Shown here piece after piece: positions 53,673 to 61,668 of a stretch of DNA of 64,000 nucleotides; within the stretch, counting starts at the first letter, position 1, and each line of letters begins with the position of its first letter. The translations under genes and the position numbers were made by a program. The stretch is from a virus, in IMG/VR virus record IMGVR_UViG_3300019487_000005, positions 1 to 64,000 of that record; one strand, 5' to 3'. The notes below the pieces were generated by a model. The model had not been told where the DNA came from, searched no databases, and was given only the letters and a program-made list of their open reading frames with translations.

Positions 53673-55781
53673 GTGATAGATAGATTGTGCCAAAGGCCGT
53701 TCAGAACGCTGGCGCGTTCTAGCGGCCTTCTAATTATACCATTTATATTGCCCGTGTGGTCCGTATGGTCCTATTCACAGCAAACTATTGTTGTGTCTAT
53801 GGGCGGGAACCTACAGGCCGCGTTGGACGCGGCTCGCCCTGGCGATACGATTAACCTCCAGGCAGGAGCAATATTCACCGGAAACTTTACTCTCCCGGTG
53901 AAAAATGGAAGTGAGTACATCACCATCAGGAGTTCGCGGGCGAGTGAGTTGCCTGTCGGTCGAATTGGCCCTCAGCACGCTCCTTTGATGCCGAAGATCC
54001 GCACTCTAAACACAGAACCAGCGATTAAAACCCTTCCCGGCTCAAGCTACTGGAATTTCGTAGGGATAGAAATAATTGCAGACCCGGCAACGGAAAATTA
54101 CGGCATCATTTTACTGGGAGATGGTTCGAACGCTCAGAACACACTCTCTCAAGTCCCGCATCACATCACGATAGATCGCTGTTACGTCCACGGCACAAAT
54201 AAGAACGTCCAAAGAGGGATCGCGGCGAACTCGGCCCACTCAACGGTTATTAATTCTTATATCTCTCAAGTTCACTGGCTGGGTGCCGACACCCAGGCAA
54301 TTGGAGGCTGGAACGGCCCGGGCCCCTTCTCTATTGTGAACAATTATCTGGAGGCCGCGGGGGAAAACGTGATGTTTGGTGGGGCCGAAGCGGCCATTCC
54401 CAACCTAATCCCTTCAGACATTGAGATCATAAACAACCATTTCTTCAAACCGTTAAGCTGGCAGATCGGGCATCCGACCTATGCTGGAAATGCCTGGACA
54501 GTAAAGAATCTTTTTGAGTTAAAGAATGCTCAGCGAGTCTTGGTTGATGGAAATTTATTTGAGAACTGCTGGGCACACGCACAGGTTGGATTTGGAATTG
54601 TTTTTACTCCGCGAGGGAATGATGGAGCCAATCCCTGGGCGACCGTGAGAGATGTTCAATTCATTAATAATGTGATTAAGAATTCGCAGGGAGGAATGAA
54701 CTTTCTGGGGCTGGATGAGTATGGTCCTAGCCAGCAACAACAAAACATCTTAGTCAGAAATAATCTGTTTTTGCAAATGGGTGATGGGCCTCTTTTTCAG
54801 GTAGGCGGGCCCGTGGCGAATCTGACAATTGATCACAATACCTCAGCCGCAAATAGTGGAAACACTATGACTGCCTACGGGGCAGCCTCAGCTAATTTCC
54901 GATTCAGTAATAACATCGTTCAAAAAGGAGCATATGGGTTTATTGGTGACGATGTGGGAAGCGGCACGGCAGCGATCAATCGTTACTTTCCGAGTAGCGT
55001 GGTTCAGAAAAATGTCTTTATCGGTGAAGATTGTGCTTATTATCCCCCAGGCAACTTCTGTCCAGCTAACATTTCTCAGGTAGGGTTTGCTGATCAAGTA
55101 AATTATTTGCTTTCCCCCTCAAGTCCGTACAAAGGACAAGGAACAGACGGATTAGATTTAGGAAGGGTTTTAGAGCTTCCTGACCCCAGCCCAACGCCCT
55201 CACCCACTCCTACCATAGCTCCTACGCCCAGCCCTGCCCCTTTGCCTTCTACCTCCACCGGGGTCTTAAGCTTCACTCTGGTGAACGCTGATACCGACCA
55301 GGATCTTTCGGTCTTAACGGATGGGAGCGTGATTAACCTCTCAATTCTCCCAAGTCAGAACTTGAATGTGAGGGCAAATGTAGGTTCAGGAGTTTCCAGC
55401 GTCCAATTCTCATTGAATGGGCAGGTGATCCGCACTGAACTTGCGGCGCCTTACGCCCTGGCAGGAGACCAGAACGGAGACTACGATCCCTGGACGCCCG
55501 CAATAGGGAATCATACTTTGCTTGCCGTGCCGAACTCCGGCCCATCTCTGTCAATAAGCTTTACAGTCACTCAGGCGAGTCCGACGCCGACGCCAACCCC
55601 TACGCCCGTTCCGAGTCCTACACCTTTCTGGTGTGGAGATAATGGGAGGGACAATAGAGTGTCGTGGCCCTCGGGTGAAGCACGCCAGAATGAAGTATTG
55701 AATAGACTTTGGTTAAAGAGATGTCGGATGAAGAATCATCTGTCAGGAGCGTGGGCGGAATTTGAGTACGTCAGACCTTAG
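53673..55781 (+). CDS. right-handed beta-helix polysaccharide depolymerase with PT linkers and C-terminal binding domain
   Basis: GGNLQAALDAARPGDTINLQAGAIFTGNFTLPVKNGSEYITIRS, plus PSPTPSPTP and SPTPTPTPTPVPSPTP linkers. Start is uncertain: GTG 53673 is the earliest start that does not overlap the HNH gene, and the first ATG is at 53799. Confidence 0.7.
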   Translation: MIDRLCQRPFRTLARSSGLLIIPFILPVWSVWSYSQQTIVVSMGGNLQAALDAARPGDTINLQAGAIFTGNFTLPVKNGSEYITIRSSRASELPVGRIGPQHAPLMPKIRTLNTEPAIKTLPGSSYWNFVGIEIIADPATENYGIILLGDGSNAQNTLSQVPHHITIDRCYVHGTNKNVQRGIAANSAHSTVINSYISQVHWLGADTQAIGGWNGPGPFSIVNNYLEAAGENVMFGGAEAAIPNLIPSDIEIINNHFFKPLSWQIGHPTYAGNAWTVKNLFELKNAQRVLVDGNLFENCWAHAQVGFGIVFTPRGNDGANPWATVRDVQFINNVIKNSQGGMNFLGLDEYGPSQQQQNILVRNNLFLQMGDGPLFQVGGPVANLTIDHNTSAANSGNTMTAYGAASANFRFSNNIVQKGAYGFIGDDVGSGTAAINRYFPSSVVQKNVFIGEDCAYYPPGNFCPANISQVGFADQVNYLLSPSSPYKGQGTDGLDLGRVLELPDPSPTPSPTPTIAPTPSPAPLPSTSTGVLSFTLVNADTDQDLSVLTDGSVINLSILPSQNLNVRANVGSGVSSVQFSLNGQVIRTELAAPYALAGDQNGDYDPWTPAIGNHTLLAVPNSGPSLSISFTVTQASPTPTPTPTPVPSPTPFWCGDNGRDNRVSWPSGEARQNEVLNRLWLKRCRMKNHLSGAWAEFEYVRP
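53718..53738 (+). repeat. right direct repeat flanking the HNH cassette
   Basis: TCTAGCGGCCTTCTAATTATA. It differs from the left copy only at the 3 nt it lacks. Confidence 0.6.
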
Positions 55782-55869
55782 AGAGCAGGTAAAAACCAAC
55801 GGCGATCATGATTGCTCCACCGAAGATAAATACAAAGCCAGCCACCAAATTGAATAAATTCACTGTCAT
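55771..55869 (-). CDS. possible 32-aa membrane peptide
   Basis: MTVNLFNLVAGFVFIFGGAIMIAVGFYLLSKV. TAATG overlap with the upstream gene. Confidence 0.3.
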   Translation of the reverse strand: MTVNLFNLVAGFVFIFGGAIMIAVGFYLLSKV

Positions 55870-56072
55870 TAACCTTCCAGAGAAATACTCAATAGCTCTG
55901 CTCTTAATTCTTCTACTCTTGCCCGCTCAATAACCAGTTGACCCGAGCCCAAGCCTTCAGTGTACGTTTTACCAAAAGCGATCAAGGCTTCTAAGTCTTC
56001 CCGCGTTAGTGGTTTCGTTGTGTCATACAACGAGAGGAAGCGATTCTGATCGATCATTGTTTCACTCCGCAC
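55869..56072 (-). CDS. hypothetical protein
   Basis: 67-aa ORF in the leftward operon. Confidence 0.5.
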   Translation of the reverse strand: MRSETMIDQNRFLSLYDTTKPLTREDLEALIAFGKTYTEGLGSGQLVIERARVEELRAELLSISLEG

Positions 56073-56208
56073 AGAGAATAAAGTTAGGCTTAACTTGTTT
56101 GACGATCCGTCTATGACAGGGCTTAGGAGGATCGATAGGTGGTGGTGGCTCCTTCCCTCTCACTGAGAAGGAAAGTAAAGAGAGGATTAACCAGAAAGTA
56201 ATTAGCAT
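56062..56208 (-). CDS. possible 48-aa signal-anchored Pro-rich peptide
   Basis: Internal ATG of ORF 56062..56256. MLITFWLILSLLSFSVRGKEPPPPIDPP. Confidence 0.35.
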   Translation of the reverse strand: MLITFWLILSLLSFSVRGKEPPPPIDPPKPCHRRIVKQVKPNFILCAE

Positions 56209-56212
56209 TTGC

Positions 56213-56386
56213 TCATTTCCGTTTCTGCAACTCGCGCCAAATCTTTCGCAGTTCAAGAAATAGAATCAGTATGCCACACACCATAATTGTGCTTGCTGCC
56301 GCCAAGACAAGTAACACCCTTTCCAGTAACTCAATAATCTGAGCCTGAGTACTAAAGAGATCAACAATAGTCTGTTGGAGAATCAT
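56213..56386 (-). CDS. possible 57-aa membrane protein
   Basis: Below the track cutoff. TM segment VLLVLAAASTIMVCGILILFL. ATGA overlap with the upstream ORF. Confidence 0.4.
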   Translation of the reverse strand: MILQQTIVDLFSTQAQIIELLERVLLVLAAASTIMVCGILILFLELRKIWRELQKRK

Positions 56387-56529
56387 AAAACAATTACCCT
56401 AGCGGCGCGGAGACTGCCGATCTTTAGACCGCAGAGGAAGCTCGTAACGATCACTCCCGGGGGATCTTGAAAGACAGGATCAGCCTGAAGCGGGAGGGTT
56501 AAGAGAAGGATTAGAAGAAATGGTTTCAT
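56383..56529 (-). CDS. possible 48-aa secreted peptide
   Basis: MKPFLLILLLTLPLQADP looks like a signal peptide. ATGA overlaps at both ends. Confidence 0.4.
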   Translation of the reverse strand: MKPFLLILLLTLPLQADPVFQDPPGVIVTSFLCGLKIGSLRAARVIVL

Positions 56530-56750
56530 TGAGGCTCTTTAATCAGTTGATACTGACACTCTGTAGATAGCACATAGGAGCCGTTGTCTAATCGAATAAT
56601 CATTAGCCCTGGCGCATCTGCATCGTCTCTCACGACGCGGCCCGTGATGGAATGTGACGTATCGTAGTGAAAACACACCCGGACGGGTTTTCCTAAGAAC
56701 TTTCCTTGTCGCGGGAATTTAACGGATGAAATCTTTGGTTCAGTCCCCAT
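56526..56750 (-). CDS. hypothetical protein
   Basis: 74-aa ORF. Confidence 0.55.
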   Translation of the reverse strand: MGTEPKISSVKFPRQGKFLGKPVRVCFHYDTSHSITGRVVRDDADAPGLMIIRLDNGSYVLSTECQYQLIKEPQ

Positions 56751-57333
56751 CCTTCTCTACCTCAGCGGGGAGGGATTCAATTAAGTCCATTACGCGATCA
56801 ATTGATACTTCCATGGAAGTACGATTAAAATCAATTGCGTCAATTTTCGCCAGACAGCGGGCGCGGAAGGCTTCTACACTTTTTATTAAGCATGGGAGGC
56901 AACGCCCTGACCATTCAGTTATTTGTTCAAATGACGGAGCATTGATACCGATGTGCTCAAGACAAGGTGTTCCCAATGCCACCCTTACAGCATTAGCTTT
57001 TATTGTTTCATTCTCCTGCTGCAGCGCCAATAAGCGGGCGCGGAAGGCTTTTACTGCGTCTTTACGGGTTTCTCTGAATAGTATAGGTAGCTTAGCCAGA
57101 ACTTCTGTCGGCCCATCGCTACTATCTAATTCATTCTCCAGGGCTACAGCAATAACTGATATTTGGTTTAAGAATTCCAGCCTCTCTGCCTGCAACTCCA
57201 GTAGTTGCCGCTGAGATTCATCCCATCGTAACTCCCACTCGCCCGCTAGTTTGGATTCGTTCTTCAGCAACTCCTCAAGTTTCAGAATACGATGACGCAT
57301 CCACTGAAATGTTTCTGCTTGATCAAGTCCCAT
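56740..57333 (-). CDS. hypothetical coiled-coil protein
   Basis: 197-aa ORF. Confidence 0.6.
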   Translation of the reverse strand: MGLDQAETFQWMRHRILKLEELLKNESKLAGEWELRWDESQRQLLELQAERLEFLNQISVIAVALENELDSSDGPTEVLAKLPILFRETRKDAVKAFRARLLALQQENETIKANAVRVALGTPCLEHIGINAPSFEQITEWSGRCLPCLIKSVEAFRARCLAKIDAIDFNRTSMEVSIDRVMDLIESLPAEVEKDGD

Positions 57334-57383
57334 TAGCTTTTTCCTTTTAACCGGATGTCCATTATTTTATCGAGATTCTCGCC

Positions 57384-57683
57384 CTACCTTTCTGCGTCAA
57401 CAATAGGTTTTACTCGTAGCCCAGCCAGCTCTAACTCTAACTTGATAGTTGATTCTTGCAGCCACTCCACCATCTCTATAAGTCTCAGGACGGTGGAGGG
57501 CTGAGCCGCTTCAATAAACGTGAGTTGTTCTTTAGTTATTGGATTAGGCAGAGGCTCGACGCATGCTAAGACTTCTGGATCAATATTAAGGAGGGAAGTT
57601 CGTATCACTGGCAAGAAAACAGGCGTTGCCTTGCTCGCTTTCTCCTTCAACTCTTTTAGTTCTTCTTTAGTAAGTGAGTTCAC
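57384..57683 (-). CDS. Ead/Ea22-like hypothetical protein
   Basis: EAAQPSTVLRLIEMVEWLQE resembles the Ea22-like motif. Weak call. Confidence 0.45.
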   Translation of the reverse strand: MNSLTKEELKELKEKASKATPVFLPVIRTSLLNIDPEVLACVEPLPNPITKEQLTFIEAAQPSTVLRLIEMVEWLQESTIKLELELAGLRVKPIVDAER

Positions 57684-58045
57684 TTCCCTTCCTCCGGCGG
57701 TGGGAGAATTGGCCCGCCAGCCTTGCGTATCGCGGTTAACACGACTTTCTCCATTTGTTCGTGACTCAATTTCAGATCCAACTGGTCATGGATCTTGCGG
57801 CATCCTAGGGCGATCATGTAAACATCGTTTCCCTGCATCTTGGCTCGTTTCTTGGAATGGCAAGGATCTATCGGCCCCCAACACTCTCCATGAGGTAATA
57901 CCGATCTGAACTCGCATCCTGCGCGCCCCGCTCGTTCTAGCCGCGGCTTTAGCCACGACCATACCTCGCGCCAAGTCTTGGTGCGCCGACCGACTTGGTT
58001 GACGCCGTTTCGCTGCCGAGGCTTTGTTTGGGTAGGGCGAATCAT
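57680..58045 (-). CDS. Cys/His-motif protein, possible DUF1364/NinG-like nuclease
   Basis: GCEFRSVLPHGECWGPIDPCHSKKRAKM...ALGCRKIHDQLD. Confidence 0.5.
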   Translation of the reverse strand: MIRPTQTKPRQRNGVNQVGRRTKTWREVWSWLKPRLERAGRAGCEFRSVLPHGECWGPIDPCHSKKRAKMQGNDVYMIALGCRKIHDQLDLKLSHEQMEKVVLTAIRKAGGPILPPPEEGK

Positions 58046-58236
58046 CGAGAGTATCGGAATCGCTCGCGGCGAGTCTCTTCTTCTTCTGCTTCTGCGGTTT
58101 TAATCGCGTCTCGCACTATCGCAGAGAGACGAACATCAATAGGGTCAGGCATCTGCTCTAAAGATTGGAGGAGTTCAATGGCCTGAGAGTAACTTAACAA
58201 GATGGTGACGGCTAGATCTGGATATGCGCTTTTCAT
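58042..58236 (-). CDS. hypothetical protein
   Basis: 64-aa ORF with an ATGA overlap. Confidence 0.5.
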   Translation of the reverse strand: MKSAYPDLAVTILLSYSQAIELLQSLEQMPDPIDVRLSAIVRDAIKTAEAEEEETRRERFRYSR

Positions 58237-58316
58237 GGATTCATCAAAGCCTCAAGAAATAAGAACCAGAGTATCGGGACAAGAAAACAAAGTAAGGCTC
58301 CGAGAAAGTCTTTCAT
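58233..58316 (-). CDS. possible 27-aa membrane peptide
   Basis: MKDFLGALLCFLVPILWFLFLEALMNP. GGAG upstream. ATGA overlap downstream. Confidence 0.3.
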   Translation of the reverse strand: MKDFLGALLCFLVPILWFLFLEALMNP

Positions 58317-58331
58317 TCACTTCTCCACGCT

Positions 58332-58568
58332 TTAGTAAGCCGAGAAACACTCATGGTCCCTAAACTCCGCTTGCTTAAAACATGCCTGCTGACAAATAGA
58401 ACAAACGAGCATCCGGCGGAGCCTTAATCGATGGGGCTGCCCGCAGCAATCCAGCCAGCCGCACCAGGGATCATCTGTGTCTTGATGAGTCTTGGCTGTC
58501 GGGCACCACCTGCGCAATTGAGATACGGCCTCCCTGCTTGCGTATTGTGTCTCCAGTTCATTGTCCAT
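58332..58568 (-). CDS. Cys-rich hypothetical protein
   Basis: 78-aa ORF. WCGWLDCCGQ ... CSICQQAC. Confidence 0.5.
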   Translation of the reverse strand: MDNELETQYASREAVSQLRRWCPTAKTHQDTDDPWCGWLDCCGQPHRLRLRRMLVCSICQQACFKQAEFRDHECFSAY

Positions 58569-58665
58569 TTCCGCTCTTTATTAGGCGTGATCCTTCTCTC
58601 GTTTCTGTTCTACCGTACGGCGCGGTTCACAATAGCGGCTAGCTATGTTCATTAATCTTGCTTCT

Positions 58666-58854
58666 TCACCAGTTGAGTGCTTCCAGCAGTACATAATCAG
58701 GATTGTCTACAGTTGGTTCTGGATGCGGTATTCCAGCGACGATCATCATTCCGCAACTTGGGCAGTGGTACTGGCCTATGGGTTGCCCGAGCAGTTTTTC
58801 CGGCTTTTCAGGACAATTGGCACCGCGCTCTGGTGTTGTTTCTTCTGTATTCAT
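58666..58854 (-). CDS. zinc-ribbon hypothetical protein
   Basis: 62 aa. YHCPSCGMMIVAG. Confidence 0.5.
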   Translation of the reverse strand: MNTEETTPERGANCPEKPEKLLGQPIGQYHCPSCGMMIVAGIPHPEPTVDNPDYVLLEALNW

Positions 58855-59231
58855 TTCTGCCTCACTAACACCAGCGTCGGCATACTTACCTTCCCCGATC
58901 CTTCACACACCTTGCACTCTATCTCTTCAAAGACCTGGTTCAGCGAATGAGACATGATGCCCTTTCTCACTTCCACTTCATAGGTTCCTTCTCCACCACA
59001 TTCCGCGCACTCGACCAGTTGGGAGATCTCCTCTACGCGAGCAATCCCTTGCAGCTCATGATCATTGTTGAGTCCTACGCGATAGTCGGGATCGGCAAGG
59101 AAGATCTGGAATTCTTCGTAAGGAGCGACGATCTCATCCCACCGGCGAGAAGTGAGAGGTTTGGGCCGGCTGGCGATCTCAATTGATCGGCGTAAACGAT
59201 GCTGCAAAAGATCATTAACTGTTGGGTTCAT
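58851..59231 (-). CDS. protein with DnaJ-type zinc finger
   Basis: CAECGGEG ... CKVCEGSG. Confidence 0.6.
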   Translation of the reverse strand: MNPTVNDLLQHRLRRSIEIASRPKPLTSRRWDEIVAPYEEFQIFLADPDYRVGLNNDHELQGIARVEEISQLVECAECGGEGTYEVEVRKGIMSHSLNQVFEEIECKVCEGSGKVSMPTLVLVRQK

Positions 59232-59413
59232 TGTTCTTTACTTTCTGCTAATCGTTCGAGTGCCGCACGAGTTCTAAGTGTCACACCAATATCGTCAGAG
59301 TCAGAGTCTGCTAATTCCAGAATAGCTCTCGCCAGCAGGGTTACTGCGTCATCAGTCGCACCAGCAAGTCTGTTAATGTCCTTAGCTAGTAAGACTTCAT
59401 TCTCTGTTCCCAT
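59228..59413 (-). CDS. hypothetical protein
   Basis: 61-aa ORF with an ATGA overlap. Confidence 0.5.
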   Translation of the reverse strand: MGTENEVLLAKDINRLAGATDDAVTLLARAILELADSDSDDIGVTLRTRAALERLAESKEQ

Positions 59414-59432
59414 AATTCCCCTCCTTTACAAT

Positions 59433-59612
59433 CTATCTAAAACCAAGTCTTTGAGCTTCGCTGAGCATCCGATCCTGGTATTCCTCTTCTGAGAATCTTT
59501 GACACTCAGGATCAGGACAGCCATCGGGTTCCAGCGGAGCGCCGCATTGCTCGCAAGTGCATTCATCACTGGTCAGGGGGTCGAGTTCTATTAGTTCTTC
59601 TAGAGTGCTCAT
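59433..59612 (-). CDS. Cys-rich acidic hypothetical protein
   Basis: ATG 59612 overlaps the upstream stop. CTCEQCGAPLEPDGCPDPEC. Confidence 0.5.
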   Translation of the reverse strand: MSTLEELIELDPLTSDECTCEQCGAPLEPDGCPDPECQRFSEEEYQDRMLSEAQRLGFR

Positions 59613-59839
59613 GCTACCTCCAATTCCTGCAGGCCCCACTTTTCAACGCCAGCCTCTTTCTCGTCGTGGTATTGCATTGCCCACCGTTGGCCAAAGAGAG
59701 CATTCATTTGTACGCGAGCTGCTTCGTAGGAGCCGTTCAACACCACGTAATGGTTCTTTAGACTTGCACCGGTTTCTGGATGAACGTGGCCGAAGCCAAA
59801 CGTGAAGATCCAGCGATTATGATCGGGATCGTATTTCAT
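59609..59839 (-). CDS. hypothetical protein
   Basis: ATG 59839 overlaps the upstream stop (ATGA). Confidence 0.5.
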   Translation of the reverse strand: MKYDPDHNRWIFTFGFGHVHPETGASLKNHYVVLNGSYEAARVQMNALFGQRWAMQYHDEKEAGVEKWGLQELEVA

Positions 59840-60141
59840 GCTGCTAACTTCCCCTCTCTCTTCAGTAAATGAATGAGCAGCGATCCGGCGTGGTAGCAAC
59901 TTCCCCGAGTCCAATAGAATCCTTCACAGATCCGCCCAGTTCTTACGTCCACGCACGAAACAATCTCAGGCTCAATTCCGCGCCAAACAACTTTGCACTC
60001 ATACTTTCCATGAGACGCAGTGCGCGGGGTGACGCGGTAGGTGTTCGGCCCCTTCTTCGTTACCCAGGGCTTTTCACTCAAGGCTTTCTGAATCACCCTC
60101 TGTGAAAATGTCTGGCTGGTCATCTCTCTCTCCCTTCCCAC
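59836..60141 (-). CDS. hypothetical protein, possible SWIM-like zinc finger
   Basis: ICEGFYWTRGSCYHAGSLL (C-x10-C-x-H). First gene of the leftward operon. Confidence 0.5.
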   Translation of the reverse strand: MGREREMTSQTFSQRVIQKALSEKPWVTKKGPNTYRVTPRTASHGKYECKVVWRGIEPEIVSCVDVRTGRICEGFYWTRGSCYHAGSLLIHLLKREGKLAA

Positions 60142-60233
60142 CGGAAGTGCCGCGGCAAAAATAAATTTTCAAATCGCTTTAACCTGTGTACGTTTCTGAG
60201 ACCAGTGGTACATCTTTCAGGATCGGTAAAACC

Positions 60234-60255
60234 GCGGCGGCGTGGCAGCCGCCGC
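60234..60255 (-). terminator. GC-rich hairpin in the leftward-operon leader (possible attenuator or terminator)
   Basis: GCGGCGGC-6 nt-GCCGCCGC. On the minus strand it is followed by GGTTTTA. Confidence 0.3.
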
Positions 60256-60328
60256 CGCAATCACACGCTTCTCCAATCTGACCTCTAACCAAAACTTTCA
60301 ATCCTGCCATATCCGCCTGATTTACGTT

Positions 60329-60346
60329 CCTGCCTGATCAGGCACA
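60329..60346. promoter_or_regulatory. conserved 18-bp inverted-repeat element CCTGCC-N4-CAGGCACA (copy 1)
   Basis: CCTGCCTGATCAGGCACA. The second copy is at 62928-62945. Confidence 0.5.
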
Positions 60347-60351
60347 GTTGA

Positions 60352-60381
60352 ATTATATTTGCACGTGACGTGCAAAGTCAA
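60352..60381 (-). promoter_or_regulatory. leftward early promoter with embedded operator
   Basis: Minus strand reads TTGACT-TTGCACGTCACGTGCAA-A-TATAAT. The 17-bp palindrome lies at 60359-60375. Confidence 0.6.
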
Positions 60382-60552
60382 GTACTATTTCACCCGCCAA
60401 AATAAATCTTGGGAATCGCCTAGATTCCTAAGGAAAGCGGGATGTTCAGGCCTAACACGACATCTCGTGCAAAACCGAATATCTCGCAAGCAGGGCTTCT
60501 ACAGGACGCGGTTAGGCGCAGAAAGTAGAGGCCTTTGCTATTGGGGCTAAAT

Positions 60553-61668
60553 ATGGAGTTTTACGTTGACGAAGGCCTGCGGAAGCTAATCCCGCCTCTA
60601 TCTGAAGGCGAACTCTCACAACTGGAAGAAAACCTGAAAAGGGAGGGTTGCCGGGATCCTCTGGTTATCTGGAAAGAGAAAGGGATCTTATTAGATGGCC
60701 ATCATCGCCAAGAAATATGTGGCCGTCACCAAATCCCATTTGAAACAGTTACGGTCTCTCTGCCAGATCGGAATGCGGCTAAAGCCTGGGTGATCACCAA
60801 TCAATTCGGTCGCCGGAACCTAGCGCCATTTGTACGGGCAGAACTAGCCTTAAAGCTAGAACCCTTAATCGCGCAACAGGCAAAAGAGCGTCAAAGAGAA
60901 GGTGGACGTATAAAGGTTGTGCAGAATTCTGCACAAGCTAGTAAAACCCGTGAAGAAGTAGCGAGGGTTGCTGGGGTCTCACACGACACCATCGATAAAG
61001 CCAAGGTGATAGCACAACACGCCCCCGAGGACGTTAAGGCCCAGCTCAGAAGTGGCGAAACCACCATCAATGCAGCCTACACGCGGATTCAACGTGAGAA
61101 AAGACGAGAGGATGCCGCCAAGGGCCTCGCTGCCTCGCCCAAGGGTAAGTACCGTGTTTTATATGCTGATCCACCCTGGAAGTACGGTGACACTCGAGAT
61201 GGGCTGGAAGGTACAACTGGCGCAACTGCGCATTACCCAACGATGAGCATTACGGAACTGTGCGATCTCCCTGTCCAGGATTGGATCGAGGATAACGCGG
61301 TTCTTTTTCTGTGGGTTACTTCTCCCCTGCTTTTTGAATGTCAACCAGTCATTAAGGCGTGGGGTTTCCAATACAAGACTTCCTTCGTTTGGGACAAGGT
61401 GAAACACAACCTAGGCCACTACAACTCGGTCCGGCATGAATTCTTGTTGGTATGTACGCGGGGGAGCTGTATCCCCGATGTACCGAAGCTATTTGATAGC
61501 GTCCAGACAATTGAGCGGGGTGAGCACTCAGCAAAGCCCGATGAATTCAGAGAAATGATCGATCATCTATATCCACACGGGCGAAGACTGGAATTATTTG
61601 CAAGGCGCAAGGTAGGTAAGTGGGAAGCATACGGAAATGATGACGCCTTATTACGAGAAACAGCTTGA
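60553..61668 (+). CDS. ParB-N domain / MT-A70-family DNA N6-adenine methyltransferase fusion
   Basis: N-terminus GCRDPLVIWKEKGILLDGHHR. C-terminus VLYADPPWKY...HYPTMS...LFLWVT...WGFQYKTSFVWDK. Confidence 0.85.
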   Translation: MEFYVDEGLRKLIPPLSEGELSQLEENLKREGCRDPLVIWKEKGILLDGHHRQEICGRHQIPFETVTVSLPDRNAAKAWVITNQFGRRNLAPFVRAELALKLEPLIAQQAKERQREGGRIKVVQNSAQASKTREEVARVAGVSHDTIDKAKVIAQHAPEDVKAQLRSGETTINAAYTRIQREKRREDAAKGLAASPKGKYRVLYADPPWKYGDTRDGLEGTTGATAHYPTMSITELCDLPVQDWIEDNAVLFLWVTSPLLFECQPVIKAWGFQYKTSFVWDKVKHNLGHYNSVRHEFLLVCTRGSCIPDVPKLFDSVQTIERGEHSAKPDEFREMIDHLYPHGRRLELFARRKVGKWEAYGNDDALLRETA

